A DNA stretch of 64,000 nucleotides from a virus. The stretch spans positions 1 through 64,000 of the IMG/VR virus record IMGVR_UViG_3300030105_002498; one strand, given 5' to 3'. Position numbers and translations under genes: made by a program. Every line of letters starts with the position of its first letter. Positions within the stretch are counted from its first letter, which is position 1. A model generated the notes under the pieces. The model was not told the origin of the DNA. It ran no database searches and saw nothing but the letters and a program-made list of their open reading frames with translations. Shown here one piece after another: positions 54,927 to 64,000 of this stretch.

Positions 54927-55631
54927 ATGAAATCACTTAAAAATCAAATACTATTTTTCTTCCAAGATTTAACCTTTGAAGAAAGCACACATAAATACTT
55001 TGTAAAAGGAGACCCACTTGAAAAATCGGTTTCAAAACTGATAAAGGATTTTTGTCCTTTTACTGACTTTAAGAAAATAGCACTAGCTTGTGACAAGAGG
55101 GATAATTTGCCTCTAGGTACAACTAGAACCTTTTGGAAAAACAAGTCAGATGTCTCTTTAGCTCAAGGTAACAAGGCACATTTCTTCGGAGAGTATTATC
55201 CTTTCAGAAGAAAATTGAAACCTACAGATAAACTTGAAGAAGCTGTGGTCAACTTTTGGAATGATCTTCCTGACCACATTCTTCCAGTTTTTACAGAATT
55301 GAAGATGTACCACAAAATAAGAATGTTTGGTGGTATGATGGATATTCTACTTTACAATACAAAGACGAAAAAATTTATTATAGCTGACTACAAAACTAAT
55401 GAAGACCTCTTTAAAAATTTTAAAGGAACAAAGATGACAGGTCTCTTTTCACACTTATTAGACAGTCCATACAACCACTATCAACTTCAATTCAGTTTTT
55501 ATCAGATACTATTTGAACAAACTGGATTAGAAGTAGAAGGTAGAGTTCTAATACATCTCAAGCGAGATGGGACTTATATAATGTATGATACAGATGACTT
55601 AACTAGTACTTTAAAACAATATTTAAAATGA
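54927..55631 (+). CDS. PD-(D/E)XK (Cas4-like) exonuclease
   Basis: F.E..H.Y, SVS, G...H, E, GGMMD, IADYKT, Y.LQ.S.Y. Confidence 0.85.
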   Translation: MKSLKNQILFFFQDLTFEESTHKYFVKGDPLEKSVSKLIKDFCPFTDFKKIALACDKRDNLPLGTTRTFWKNKSDVSLAQGNKAHFFGEYYPFRRKLKPTDKLEEAVVNFWNDLPDHILPVFTELKMYHKIRMFGGMMDILLYNTKTKKFIIADYKTNEDLFKNFKGTKMTGLFSHLLDSPYNHYQLQFSFYQILFEQTGLEVEGRVLIHLKRDGTYIMYDTDDLTSTLKQYLK

Positions 55632-57073
55632 AAGAATTTAATCGAGAAACTTTTGAACAACTTCTAAAGACAGTTTCTTGTCTTCAATGTGAAGTAGCTA
55701 AACTTCCCTCTACTCCCAAATTTACTGCTAATAATATTATTGTTGCTAATGCAGCAGGAAACTTATCAGAAGATGTTTCTCAAAGATTTACATACGATCT
55801 CGTTAATGGAATTCTTGATATAAAGAATAGTATAGGTTCTACTGACTACCGAATTCGACATGGAAATGACGGACTTCAATTAAACGGTTATGGTGGAGCA
55901 GGAAATGGATTGGTTAATATAAATCATGCTGCTAGTCGTGGGACTGAAGCAGTTCCAACTTCTATTGTAGGCGATACTGTTAATTCAAGAACTTTATTTT
56001 GGAGTCATGCTAATAATGCAAATGGACTTGCATCTTATAATTTAGTTGGAGAAGCTCACACAGACACTTATGAAAGAAGTGATGGATGGCATGCAGGTGC
56101 TTATACCTGGACAGTTAAACCTATATCAGGTGGAGTAAATTGGTCAACACAGACTGATGTTATGGAACTTACAAGTGTGTCTTTAAGATTGCATAAATAT
56201 GGTTTAGGTAATATTACTTCTGCTTCTATTACTGCTGCTTTAGGGGCATTAGCTAGTGGAGGTCCTGGAGCTGCTGTTGACTCTGATTTTATATTAGGTG
56301 TTAGTAATAATGGACATTTAATTGAAGTTAATAAAACAACCCTTGGTGGTGCTAATCTTTATAATATAGATGGAGAAATAACTGGAAACAGAAATGTGGA
56401 TTTAAGAAGCTTGGACCTAAACTTTAGGAAAGGTGCATCAGGTTCAGAAACTCCATTGATCTCTTTTGATGGAGGTAGTACAAGAGTTATAGTTGGTGGA
56501 ACTACTTCTGAAGGCTTTGGTACACTCCATGTTAAGTCTCAAGGAGCAGGAGATTCACAAGTCTTTATTTGTGGAGATACTACTAATACTGTTATTTTAA
56601 GACTATTAAATAGTGGTACATTCAGACTTGATGCTTATGGTGAAGGTAATAAGAGTGCTGCGGACTTATCAGAAGTTTATACTAATGGAACAATTTTAGC
56701 TCCTGCGGATAATGGAACTATTATTGAAGTGCCTAATCCCGCAGGTGGAACTTATGTTTGGAGGACAACTACTGAAAATTCCAATATTAATAATTGGAGT
56801 CCTACTGCCCTTGACATTAGTAATGTTATTTTAAGAAATGGAACTGGAGCTATCAACTGTACAGGACTAGATGCTACTGATGCAATACAAGGTACTGAGA
56901 AACAAATACATAACAGAGGAACTGGAGTACTTAGTCTTACTAATGCTGATGCATCATCAACTGTTGGGAATAGATTCAGACTCCCTGGAGCAACAACTCA
57001 TGCTATAGCTGTAGATGCTGTGGCTACTGTGATTTATAATGGTACGGACTGGTTTTTAAAATCTTCTTCATAA
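55628..57073 (+). CDS. fibre protein 4
   Basis: N-terminal coiled coil; shares the KYG.G and GT.AVPT modules with fibres 1 and 2. Confidence 0.7.
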   Translation: MKEFNRETFEQLLKTVSCLQCEVAKLPSTPKFTANNIIVANAAGNLSEDVSQRFTYDLVNGILDIKNSIGSTDYRIRHGNDGLQLNGYGGAGNGLVNINHAASRGTEAVPTSIVGDTVNSRTLFWSHANNANGLASYNLVGEAHTDTYERSDGWHAGAYTWTVKPISGGVNWSTQTDVMELTSVSLRLHKYGLGNITSASITAALGALASGGPGAAVDSDFILGVSNNGHLIEVNKTTLGGANLYNIDGEITGNRNVDLRSLDLNFRKGASGSETPLISFDGGSTRVIVGGTTSEGFGTLHVKSQGAGDSQVFICGDTTNTVILRLLNSGTFRLDAYGEGNKSAADLSEVYTNGTILAPADNGTIIEVPNPAGGTYVWRTTTENSNINNWSPTALDISNVILRNGTGAINCTGLDATDAIQGTEKQIHNRGTGVLSLTNADASSTVGNRFRLPGATTHAIAVDAVATVIYNGTDWFLKSSS

Positions 57074-57780
57074 TGTTAAATAGCGAAGTAATACAAAGAG
57101 TACAAAGCCTGTACTCAAGAGGGGTTCAATCTGATGACACTAGGTTACAGGATAGGCACATATATAATAAACTACTTACGAGTAGAGCTAGACTTTTGGT
57201 CCAAAAGGCTAAGAAGAGGCAGAAGATTAATCAATGGAACTATCAGTTACTACCTTGTGTGGAGATGATTGAAGCTGCAAAACATGAATGTCCTTGCTTA
57301 CCTCCTGTTGGATGTAAGATATTAAGGACTAAAGAAGTGTTACCAAGTGTTTTAACAAACCTGGATTCTCATTTAATACAATCTGTTACTTCAATTGAAG
57401 GGAGTATTGTATTTTCTGAGATAACGTGGAAAGAGATGAAGTACAAAGCAGGGGCAAAATATACTAGATTCAAACCTGAGTATTTTCTCCGTGGAGACTA
57501 TTTATACATTACTACTAAAAATGCTTCAGAAGTTATTTCTATAGAAGCTTTGTTTCAGAATCCAGAGGAGGCTGATACTTTTCCTTCTTACTGTGATGAC
57601 CCAGATTGTACTGACTGTTCAGACTGCACAAGTGTTTTAGATAAAGTATTTCCTCTTGATGATGACTTAATTGATACAGTAGTTGAGATGGCAAATGCAG
57701 AACTTATATCACTCTTTACACAAATGTTAGAAGACAAAACAAATAACTCTTCTGATACAGAAGAACAAAGAACCAAATAA
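57073..57780 (+). CDS. tail ring protein
   Basis: SDD.RL..R...Q.LPC...YLYI...ALF.NP...FPL pattern in the tail block. Confidence 0.7.
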   Translation: MLNSEVIQRVQSLYSRGVQSDDTRLQDRHIYNKLLTSRARLLVQKAKKRQKINQWNYQLLPCVEMIEAAKHECPCLPPVGCKILRTKEVLPSVLTNLDSHLIQSVTSIEGSIVFSEITWKEMKYKAGAKYTRFKPEYFLRGDYLYITTKNASEVISIEALFQNPEEADTFPSYCDDPDCTDCSDCTSVLDKVFPLDDDLIDTVVEMANAELISLFTQMLEDKTNNSSDTEEQRTK

Positions 57781-58241
57781 TGACAAACATTAGAGACAGT
57801 TATAAATTGTATAAAGAGAGTGTTGATAATCCAGTAGACATTAAGACTTACGTAAAGTTGTCAGGATTGTACAACAAGTTTCTAATGAATAAAGTACTCG
57901 AAGGAGAGACAGTAACACTTCCTTGTAGGCTAGGTAACATCTATGTTGCAGGAAGGAAACAAAAAGTTAGGTTTGATGAAGATGGCAATGTCCAAGGACT
58001 AGCTCCAGATTGGGTAGGTACTAAAAAACTTTGGGAGTCTAATCCAGAAGCAAAAGAAAAGAAACAACTTTTATACCATCTTAATGCTCACACAGATAAT
58101 GTGAGATATAAATATGTATGGAGTAAGAAGGATGTATTAGTAAAAAATAAAACATTGTATTCCTTGAGATTAACCAGGACTAATAAAAGAGCAGTTCATA
58201 AAAGGATAATAGAAGGACAACAATACATAACTAAATATTAA
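57780..58241 (+). CDS. HU/IHF-like protein (crAss tail block)
   Basis: EGETVTLPCRLG.I, PDW..TK.LW and N.HT...Y...W segments. Confidence 0.65.
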   Translation: MTNIRDSYKLYKESVDNPVDIKTYVKLSGLYNKFLMNKVLEGETVTLPCRLGNIYVAGRKQKVRFDEDGNVQGLAPDWVGTKKLWESNPEAKEKKQLLYHLNAHTDNVRYKYVWSKKDVLVKNKTLYSLRLTRTNKRAVHKRIIEGQQYITKY

Positions 58242-58243
58242 TT

Positions 58244-59203
58244 ATGGCTGAATCAATTCAATACATAAGTGTTACGAGAATTTTTAACAAGTTATCTCGT
58301 GACCTAAGAGGAACAGAACTTAATGAGTCAGATGTAATAGAGTGGATTGGGGAAGCTTTAGACTTTCTAAGAGTATCTGGAACTCAAGAAGAATCAATAG
58401 CATTCATTACTGTAAAAGACCACATGGCAGATGTGCCTATAGGGTTACAGACTGTACTTCAGATAGCAAGAAACAATAACTACTCTTCTGATGAGTGTCT
58501 TACAACTGCTGACATAGCTGATACAATTGAAGATACAGTAAACAACCCAGTCTTTTTAGATTGCCAAGGTAAGCCTATTGTAGATTATGATGTTGCATAC
58601 TACAGACCTTTCTTCGATTTACAATGGGAATATGACCCTTGGAGTAGAAGTAACTTGTATGCTACTCAATACACTCCAGTAAGACTTGCTAACCATACAC
58701 TATTTGGAAGTATTGTTTGTAAGGAGAAAGGCTTTGATAATTTGTACACAAGTAAAAGTGATGAGTATAATATAGTGGGAACTGATGAAAAGAAATTTAG
58801 ATTCTCTTTCCGTGAGGGTTCTATTGCAGTCTCTTATTTGAAGACTGCTACAGATGAGGAAGGCTATCCATTAATTCCTGACCAGGTATCTTATATCACA
58901 GCTATAACCTACTTTGTAAAGTGGAAACTTGCAGAATGGTATGCTTGGAACAGTAGAGATGGGTCTGTTGGTAACAGAGACTACAATGAAAAGAGATGGT
59001 TAAAGTATGTAAGACAAGCTAAGAACTGGACTAAGATGCCAAAAGGTATTGACCAGTATCAAAACTTACTTGAAGAATCTCATTACCTTATTCCAAGACT
59101 TAAAAAATATTATGGATTTTTTGGTAACTTAGGTAGATCAGAAGACAGAGTGTTCAATGACCCAGACTACAGAAAAAAATTCGAGTCTTACGACAATTTA
59201 TAA
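58244..59203 (+). CDS. tail ring protein
   Basis: D.IEWIGEAL..., SY.....DEEGYPLIPD..SY..AI.Y pattern. Confidence 0.7.
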   Translation: MAESIQYISVTRIFNKLSRDLRGTELNESDVIEWIGEALDFLRVSGTQEESIAFITVKDHMADVPIGLQTVLQIARNNNYSSDECLTTADIADTIEDTVNNPVFLDCQGKPIVDYDVAYYRPFFDLQWEYDPWSRSNLYATQYTPVRLANHTLFGSIVCKEKGFDNLYTSKSDEYNIVGTDEKKFRFSFREGSIAVSYLKTATDEEGYPLIPDQVSYITAITYFVKWKLAEWYAWNSRDGSVGNRDYNEKRWLKYVRQAKNWTKMPKGIDQYQNLLEESHYLIPRLKKYYGFFGNLGRSEDRVFNDPDYRKKFESYDNL

Positions 59204-59206
59204 ATT

Positions 59207-62200
59207 ATGGCAGAAAAAAATAATGTTAACAGATTAAGTAAAGGAATTAGTACTGATGTTTCTCCTATTGACCAAAAGCAAGGGACTTACAGGTATGCTA
59301 AAAATGCTGTACTTGAAAGCCGAGACGGAAATATTGGATTCCTTTCTAATGAGTTAGGGAATGAAGTTTGCGCTTTGTTCCCTACTGGTTATACACCAAT
59401 AGGTAAAGAGTACATGACTAATGGAGAAGTTGCTATCTTCCTAGTGAGCTTAGATGATGCTACATCTGAGATAGGTATTCTAAAAGATAACTGTACTTAT
59501 GAAACTGTAGTTAATACTAACTTAGGTTTTAAAATAAAAAATCAGATAGACGCTACTTACAGATTGAGAAGAGGTTGTGAAAGAACTGTCTACTTTACTG
59601 ATGGTGCTAACAAACCAAGAATATTTAACTTTGATAGTCCAGAAGACTTTCAAGATGGAGCTGGAGCTTGGGTTGAAACTAAGTTCAATCTATTCAAGAT
59701 TTATAATAGCATTCCAAGATTTTCAAATATTGAGATTGCGGAGACAGGACAATTACCTCCTGGTTCATACAACGCTGCTATACAGTATCTTGATGAAGAC
59801 TTTAATCCTACAGAATGGATTAATACTACAGACACAGTTATTATTTACAATGATAATGGTAAGTCAAAGCCTTTTAGAGATGTAAGAGGTTCTACAAATG
59901 CTATCACGGATTACCAAGACTATGGTAATACTAATAAGTCCATCAAGTTTACACTTAGTAACTTAGATGAAACCTTTTTATTTTATAGAATAGCTATCAT
60001 TGAAGCTAACAATGGTTCTGGAAATGTGAGTAGAGTTGTTTTCTCAGGAGAGATTTCTACTAAAATACTGAGTTACACTTATACTGGAACTAATGGACAG
60101 ACTGAAGGTACTGTACAAGAGATACAACAGTTTAATAATATCATTGAAAGTGCTAAACATATTGAGCAAATTGAAAACAGACTAATTTTATCTAATACAC
60201 AAGGTAAGCAAATTAACTATTGTAGATTACAAAAGTATGCTTCAAGAATTAAAGCTAATCTAGTTACTGAATCAGTAGTACTTAATGATCTAACTTTTGA
60301 GAACAATCAAAAGAGACCTGAACACCACCTTGAAAAAGTAGGCTACATGCCAGGAGAGATATACTCTTTTGGGATTGTATGGGTATTTGATGATGGCACT
60401 ACATCACCTGGTTATCATATTCCAGGTAAAGCTTCAACTTACAATTCTCTGATGAGTTCAGATAATGTACTAGAGAATAGTTTCTATACTGAGAATGATA
60501 GTTGTAGTGGAGAAGACTTTTGGGGATATGATTCTCAAGGGACACCTTTAAAAAATACAGCAATTAGACATCACAGATTCCCACTAAGAAGTAAAGTTAA
60601 TAAACCTTTAGTTACAAGTCTTGGTTCAAGTACTGAGTTAACTCAGAATGTTTTATCTCTTACTATTACTGGAACTATTGCTGACCCTCCTGTAAGTGCT
60701 TCGACTATGGAGGTGACTGTCAATTATACTATTGATGCTGTTGCTGCTACAGAAGTTATTGACATAAACACAGAGACTTATGACCCAGCAACAGGAATAT
60801 TAAATCTTCAGATAACTTCTAACTTAGGTGTGTTAGTATTTGTAGATGTATTAGAAACTCCTGATGCAGGTGGAGCTGGTGTTGCTCCTTCAACAAATTC
60901 AACTTTAACTTATGTTGGTACAGTTACAGAAGAAACTGTAATCTTAAATGATATAGTTTATACTTCAGACATATTTGGGATTAACTTCTCTAATATTGAT
61001 GTACCAAGTGCTGATGACCTTAATGGAGAAGTTGTAGTTGGTTACTACATTGTGAGAAACAAAAGAGAAGAAGCTGAGAAGACTATTTTAGATACTGGTG
61101 TTATCACACCTTTACTTGAAGAAAAGAGAGCAGGAGTCAGTAAGTTTGTTTCCTTTGGACACATAGCACCAGAGAGTGCAGATTTAAAAGATGATGTATT
61201 TGCACTAGTTCACCCTGAACATAAATTTAGACAAAAAGAATATACAGGTGTCACAGAGTTGATACAAGAAGGTGAGTATGTTATAACAAGTAGAAATGTT
61301 TCTTCCCGTGTTACACAAGATGTGCTACCTGGGACTTCTTACGATGCTTCTGTAAATAAAAGAAGAGAGAGGGATTCTGATGGTTTCGATTTACATACTA
61401 TTACTAGAAACAACAATGTTACTTATAATGTAAAAGAAGGAACTCTTGCAGATCAAGCTGACATAAATGAAGTCTTTTATCTTGACAGTCTTTTTAGTAA
61501 GACTATTACTGACTTAGGTGGAGATAGAAAAGACATCTTCAATATGTCAGGAGATAACAAGACTGGAATCTTACACTTAAATAAAACTTTAGATACTGTT
61601 GATCTAAGAGATAATCTTCCTTATGTAGTTATGAAGAGAACTTTAACTGACCCTTATGGGAATTTTAGAGTGCTACCTTATTACAAGGAGAATGCAAACA
61701 CAATTAACCTTAGTGGAGCTACAGAGAATACTGTAACAATCTTTAATGGAGATTCTTATATCTCTTCAATGAGATATGTTTCTTCAAGTTACTATGACCT
61801 AAGAATCAAAGATAGAGATAGAAAATCAGGAGCACTTAATTTTATTATAGGTGTTCTTGGAGTTATTACTGGAGCTGTTTTAATTGCTACAGGTGTTGGA
61901 GCTGCTGCTGGTATTGCTGTTATTGGTTTTGGAGTTACACAACTATCAACAGGATTTAAAGTTGCACAAGCTTCAAGAGTTTACCAAGATTTGTATGACC
62001 AAGGTTTACAAGATACTGTAGATGATGCTGCTACCCAACAATACTTTGCACCTGACCCACAAGATGATGAATTACAATGGATGACAGATGTTGTCACTAA
62101 CCTTTGGTTTGAGAGTAGTGTGAATATGAATTGGAGACAAGGGAATACTGTTGGATTAACAGATTTCTTACCTTCTCCTGGAGACGTAGATACAGAAGCT

Positions 62201-64000
62201 TTAAATGGTTATGCCCTGGAGAAAGTTACAAACATAGACCCTTCAGCAGATGGAGGTAGAAACTACCAAGGATATTGCAAATCTGAGATATATGAAGTGA
62301 ATGCAGATTACTTTAGAAGAGATAGAGAAAAGATTTTCTTTCATCTTGCTTTAGAGTATGACTGTTGTACAAAGTGTCTTGAGCAATTTCCACATAGGAC
62401 TTATAATTCAGAGCAATCTTTTCAAGAGGAGCTTACAGATAACTACAGAATCTTCTTACCTAACAACTATAGAGATATGGAAGGAGAGACTGGTATTATA
62501 ACAAATGTATTCAGAATACAAAACAACTTGTACATTCATACTGAAGAAGCTTTGTGGCATTTACCACAGAACATTCAGGAAAGAGTTACAGGTGACATTA
62601 TATCTTTTATTGGAACTGGGAGTTTCTTTAGCATTCCTCCAAGAAAAATATTAGATGATTCTTCAGGTAATTCCGCAGGAACACAACACAAATGGGGAAT
62701 GCTTAAAACTCCTCACGGAGTGTTTTTTCCTTCTGAAAATCAAAATACTCTTTATAAATTTAATGGGAACGACCTTGTTCCTATTAGTAACTTAGGTGAG
62801 TATAGTTGGTTTAAAGAAAACATTACATTGAACCAAGATAAGACTTATTTTAATGATACAGGTAAACAGTACCCTTATAAAGATAACCCTTCCAATGATT
62901 ATGGTACAGGGTTTATATTAACTTATGATTCTAAATTTGAAAGAGTCTTAGTTACTAAGAGAGATTTCTTAATTGATAGTGGTCTTTTAAATTCTACTCA
63001 TGGAGACTATACGATTTGTGTATATAATGGACAACTCCTTGCCCACCTTAACATCTCTGAAACTATTGCTGCTGAAGCTTTAGATGGATGGTATGTTACA
63101 GGAATGAATGAGAACTGTTACCTATGCTTTGAAAAGTTGACTACAGAGATTATTCAAACTGAGGTAGCAAGTACTATACCTAACGATGCAGACATTCATG
63201 TATTCTTTGATACTTCAGGTTCATTTGGAGGTATCAATGATTCTTGTTTAACGAGTATTGATGATGCTATTGATGAGTGGATTGTAAACTATGCACTAGC
63301 TAATCCTGATTGGACTGGAACAGTTTATAAGTATGAAGATAATACAGAGAGATGGATTAACTACCCTCAAATTATTGCAAGTACAACTTACTCAGGGGTT
63401 GATTTATCAACTAAAGATATTATTGTAATTTCATTTTGTAATGAAGCTACACCTATTTATCATGATTCAAGTTTAGATAGTCCAATTGCTCCACCAACAG
63501 CAGCATACCTGGCTGATTTTAATAACTTTAAGACACTCCATGGTTTGTATAAATCTTTTATCGGAGTAGCTTATCCAATAGTATTTGGAACAGATGCAGG
63601 GTCTTGTGGAACTGGTGGAGGTAGTGTACCTTCGTCAAAGAATTTCTTGTCGCATTCTATTGCTGCAACTTTTGGACTACCTCTGACTGTTGAAGAAGTA
63701 GCTTCAGAATTGGGTTCACAGAATCCAGGCTTTACTGCTGGAGAATGGGCAGACCTTAAAGTTACCTTACAAGGAATTAATCCTTACCCTGATGATGGAC
63801 TAAAAGATTATGGTTGGGCAGGTAAATGGGACAGAGCAGCTAATACTTCAGGAGAGGTAATTGATTCTGTACAGTTTCAAGTTGATATGGAAGACATTTT
63901 AGCTGGAACAATAGTGACAGAAATTGTTGATGTAGCTGTACCAGTATTTGAAACACAATGCTTACCACCTACACCTTTAGTATCTGCAACTCTCCTTGAT
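59207..64000 (+). CDS. tail muzzle / stabilisation protein (more than 1590 aa, runs off the window)
   Basis: Not in the ORF track. ATG at 59207 (MAEKNN...KGISTD.SP..Q..GTYRYAKNA...NE.GNE); the same frame is open at every spot checked through to 64000; GYMPGEIYSFGI segment. Confidence 0.8.
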   Translation, partial: MAEKNNVNRLSKGISTDVSPIDQKQGTYRYAKNAVLESRDGNIGFLSNELGNEVCALFPTGYTPIGKEYMTNGEVAIFLVSLDDATSEIGILKDNCTYETVVNTNLGFKIKNQIDATYRLRRGCERTVYFTDGANKPRIFNFDSPEDFQDGAGAWVETKFNLFKIYNSIPRFSNIEIAETGQLPPGSYNAAIQYLDEDFNPTEWINTTDTVIIYNDNGKSKPFRDVRGSTNAITDYQDYGNTNKSIKFTLSNLDETFLFYRIAIIEANNGSGNVSRVVFSGEISTKILSYTYTGTNGQTEGTVQEIQQFNNIIESAKHIEQIENRLILSNTQGKQINYCRLQKYASRIKANLVTESVVLNDLTFENNQKRPEHHLEKVGYMPGEIYSFGIVWVFDDGTTSPGYHIPGKASTYNSLMSSDNVLENSFYTENDSCSGEDFWGYDSQGTPLKNTAIRHHRFPLRSKVNKPLVTSLGSSTELTQNVLSLTITGTIADPPVSASTMEVTVNYTIDAVAATEVIDINTETYDPATGILNLQITSNLGVLVFVDVLETPDAGGAGVAPSTNSTLTYVGTVTEETVILNDIVYTSDIFGINFSNIDVPSADDLNGEVVVGYYIVRNKREEAEKTILDTGVITPLLEEKRAGVSKFVSFGHIAPESADLKDDVFALVHPEHKFRQKEYTGVTELIQEGEYVITSRNVSSRVTQDVLPGTSYDASVNKRRERDSDGFDLHTITRNNNVTYNVKEGTLADQADINEVFYLDSLFSKTITDLGGDRKDIFNMSGDNKTGILHLNKTLDTVDLRDNLPYVVMKRTLTDPYGNFRVLPYYKENANTINLSGATENTVTIFNGDSYISSMRYVSSSYYDLRIKDRDRKSGALNFIIGVLGVITGAVLIATGVGAAAGIAVIGFGVTQLSTGFKVAQASRVYQDLYDQGLQDTVDDAATQQYFAPDPQDDELQWMTDVVTNLWFESSVNMNWRQGNTVGLTDFLPSPGDVDTEALNGYALEKVTNIDPSADGGRNYQGYCKSEIYEVNADYFRRDREKIFFHLALEYDCCTKCLEQFPHRTYNSEQSFQEELTDNYRIFLPNNYRDMEGETGIITNVFRIQNNLYIHTEEALWHLPQNIQERVTGDIISFIGTGSFFSIPPRKILDDSSGNSAGTQHKWGMLKTPHGVFFPSENQNTLYKFNGNDLVPISNLGEYSWFKENITLNQDKTYFNDTGKQYPYKDNPSNDYGTGFILTYDSKFERVLVTKRDFLIDSGLLNSTHGDYTICVYNGQLLAHLNISETIAAEALDGWYVTGMNENCYLCFEKLTTEIIQTEVASTIPNDADIHVFFDTSGSFGGINDSCLTSIDDAIDEWIVNYALANPDWTGTVYKYEDNTERWINYPQIIASTTYSGVDLSTKDIIVISFCNEATPIYHDSSLDSPIAPPTAAYLADFNNFKTLHGLYKSFIGVAYPIVFGTDAGSCGTGGGSVPSSKNFLSHSIAATFGLPLTVEEVASELGSQNPGFTAGEWADLKVTLQGINPYPDDGLKDYGWAGKWDRAANTSGEVIDSVQFQVDMEDILAGTIVTEIVDVAVPVFETQCLPPTPLVSATLLD

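Noticed and set aside
967-59885. Numerous short antisense or alternate-frame ORFs in the track (e.g. 967..1236, 11759..12145, 37739..38086, 44453..44803, 59577..59885)
   Set aside because: They are nested in well-supported genes and lack motifs; shadow ORFs.
1-64000. Stop-codon reassignment (TAG or TGA), as in some crAss-like phages
   Set aside because: Core genes are full length in the standard code, and TAG and TGA end well-defined genes (portal ends TAG; E1 ends TGA).

Overview
A 64-kb segment of a crAss-like (Crassvirales-type) lytic phage of a Bacteroidota host, using the standard genetic code, in two divergent arms. The left arm (minus strand, 1-31.3 kb) carries replication and nucleotide genes: UvrD, SF2, Dda/RecD and DnaB helicases, TOPRIM primase, family A DNA polymerase, dNMP kinase, exonuclease, Rnl2-like ligase and a Sak4-like ATPase. 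It also carries an apparently complete ubiquitin-like conjugation operon (Ubl, E2-like, JAB, E1/ThiF), a dense ncRNA island (tmRNA, interrupted and aberrant tRNAs, multi-branch RNAs), a GH24 lysozyme and many small early genes behind a repeated 22-bp phage-specific motif. The right arm (plus strand, 31.6-64 kb) has host-type TTG-N20-TAnnTTTG promoters, a three-tRNA operon, terminase, portal, scaffold, major capsid, ring proteins, four fibre proteins, a holin and the truncated muzzle/stabilisation gene. Two findings stand out. (1) The phage-encoded Ubl-E2-JAB-E1 system at 3.9-7.7 kb, whose 76-aa Ubl ends in KTKSG inside a longer precursor. (2) An unannotated 18-codon leader peptide rich in Ile(ATA), Thr and Tyr codons, with 1:2/2:3/3:4 attenuator helices, directly upstream of tRNA-Tyr, tRNA-(CAU) and tRNA-Thr; this looks like a tRNA-starvation-sensing attenuator controlling phage tRNA genes. 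All calls come from reading motifs by eye; no database search was run.
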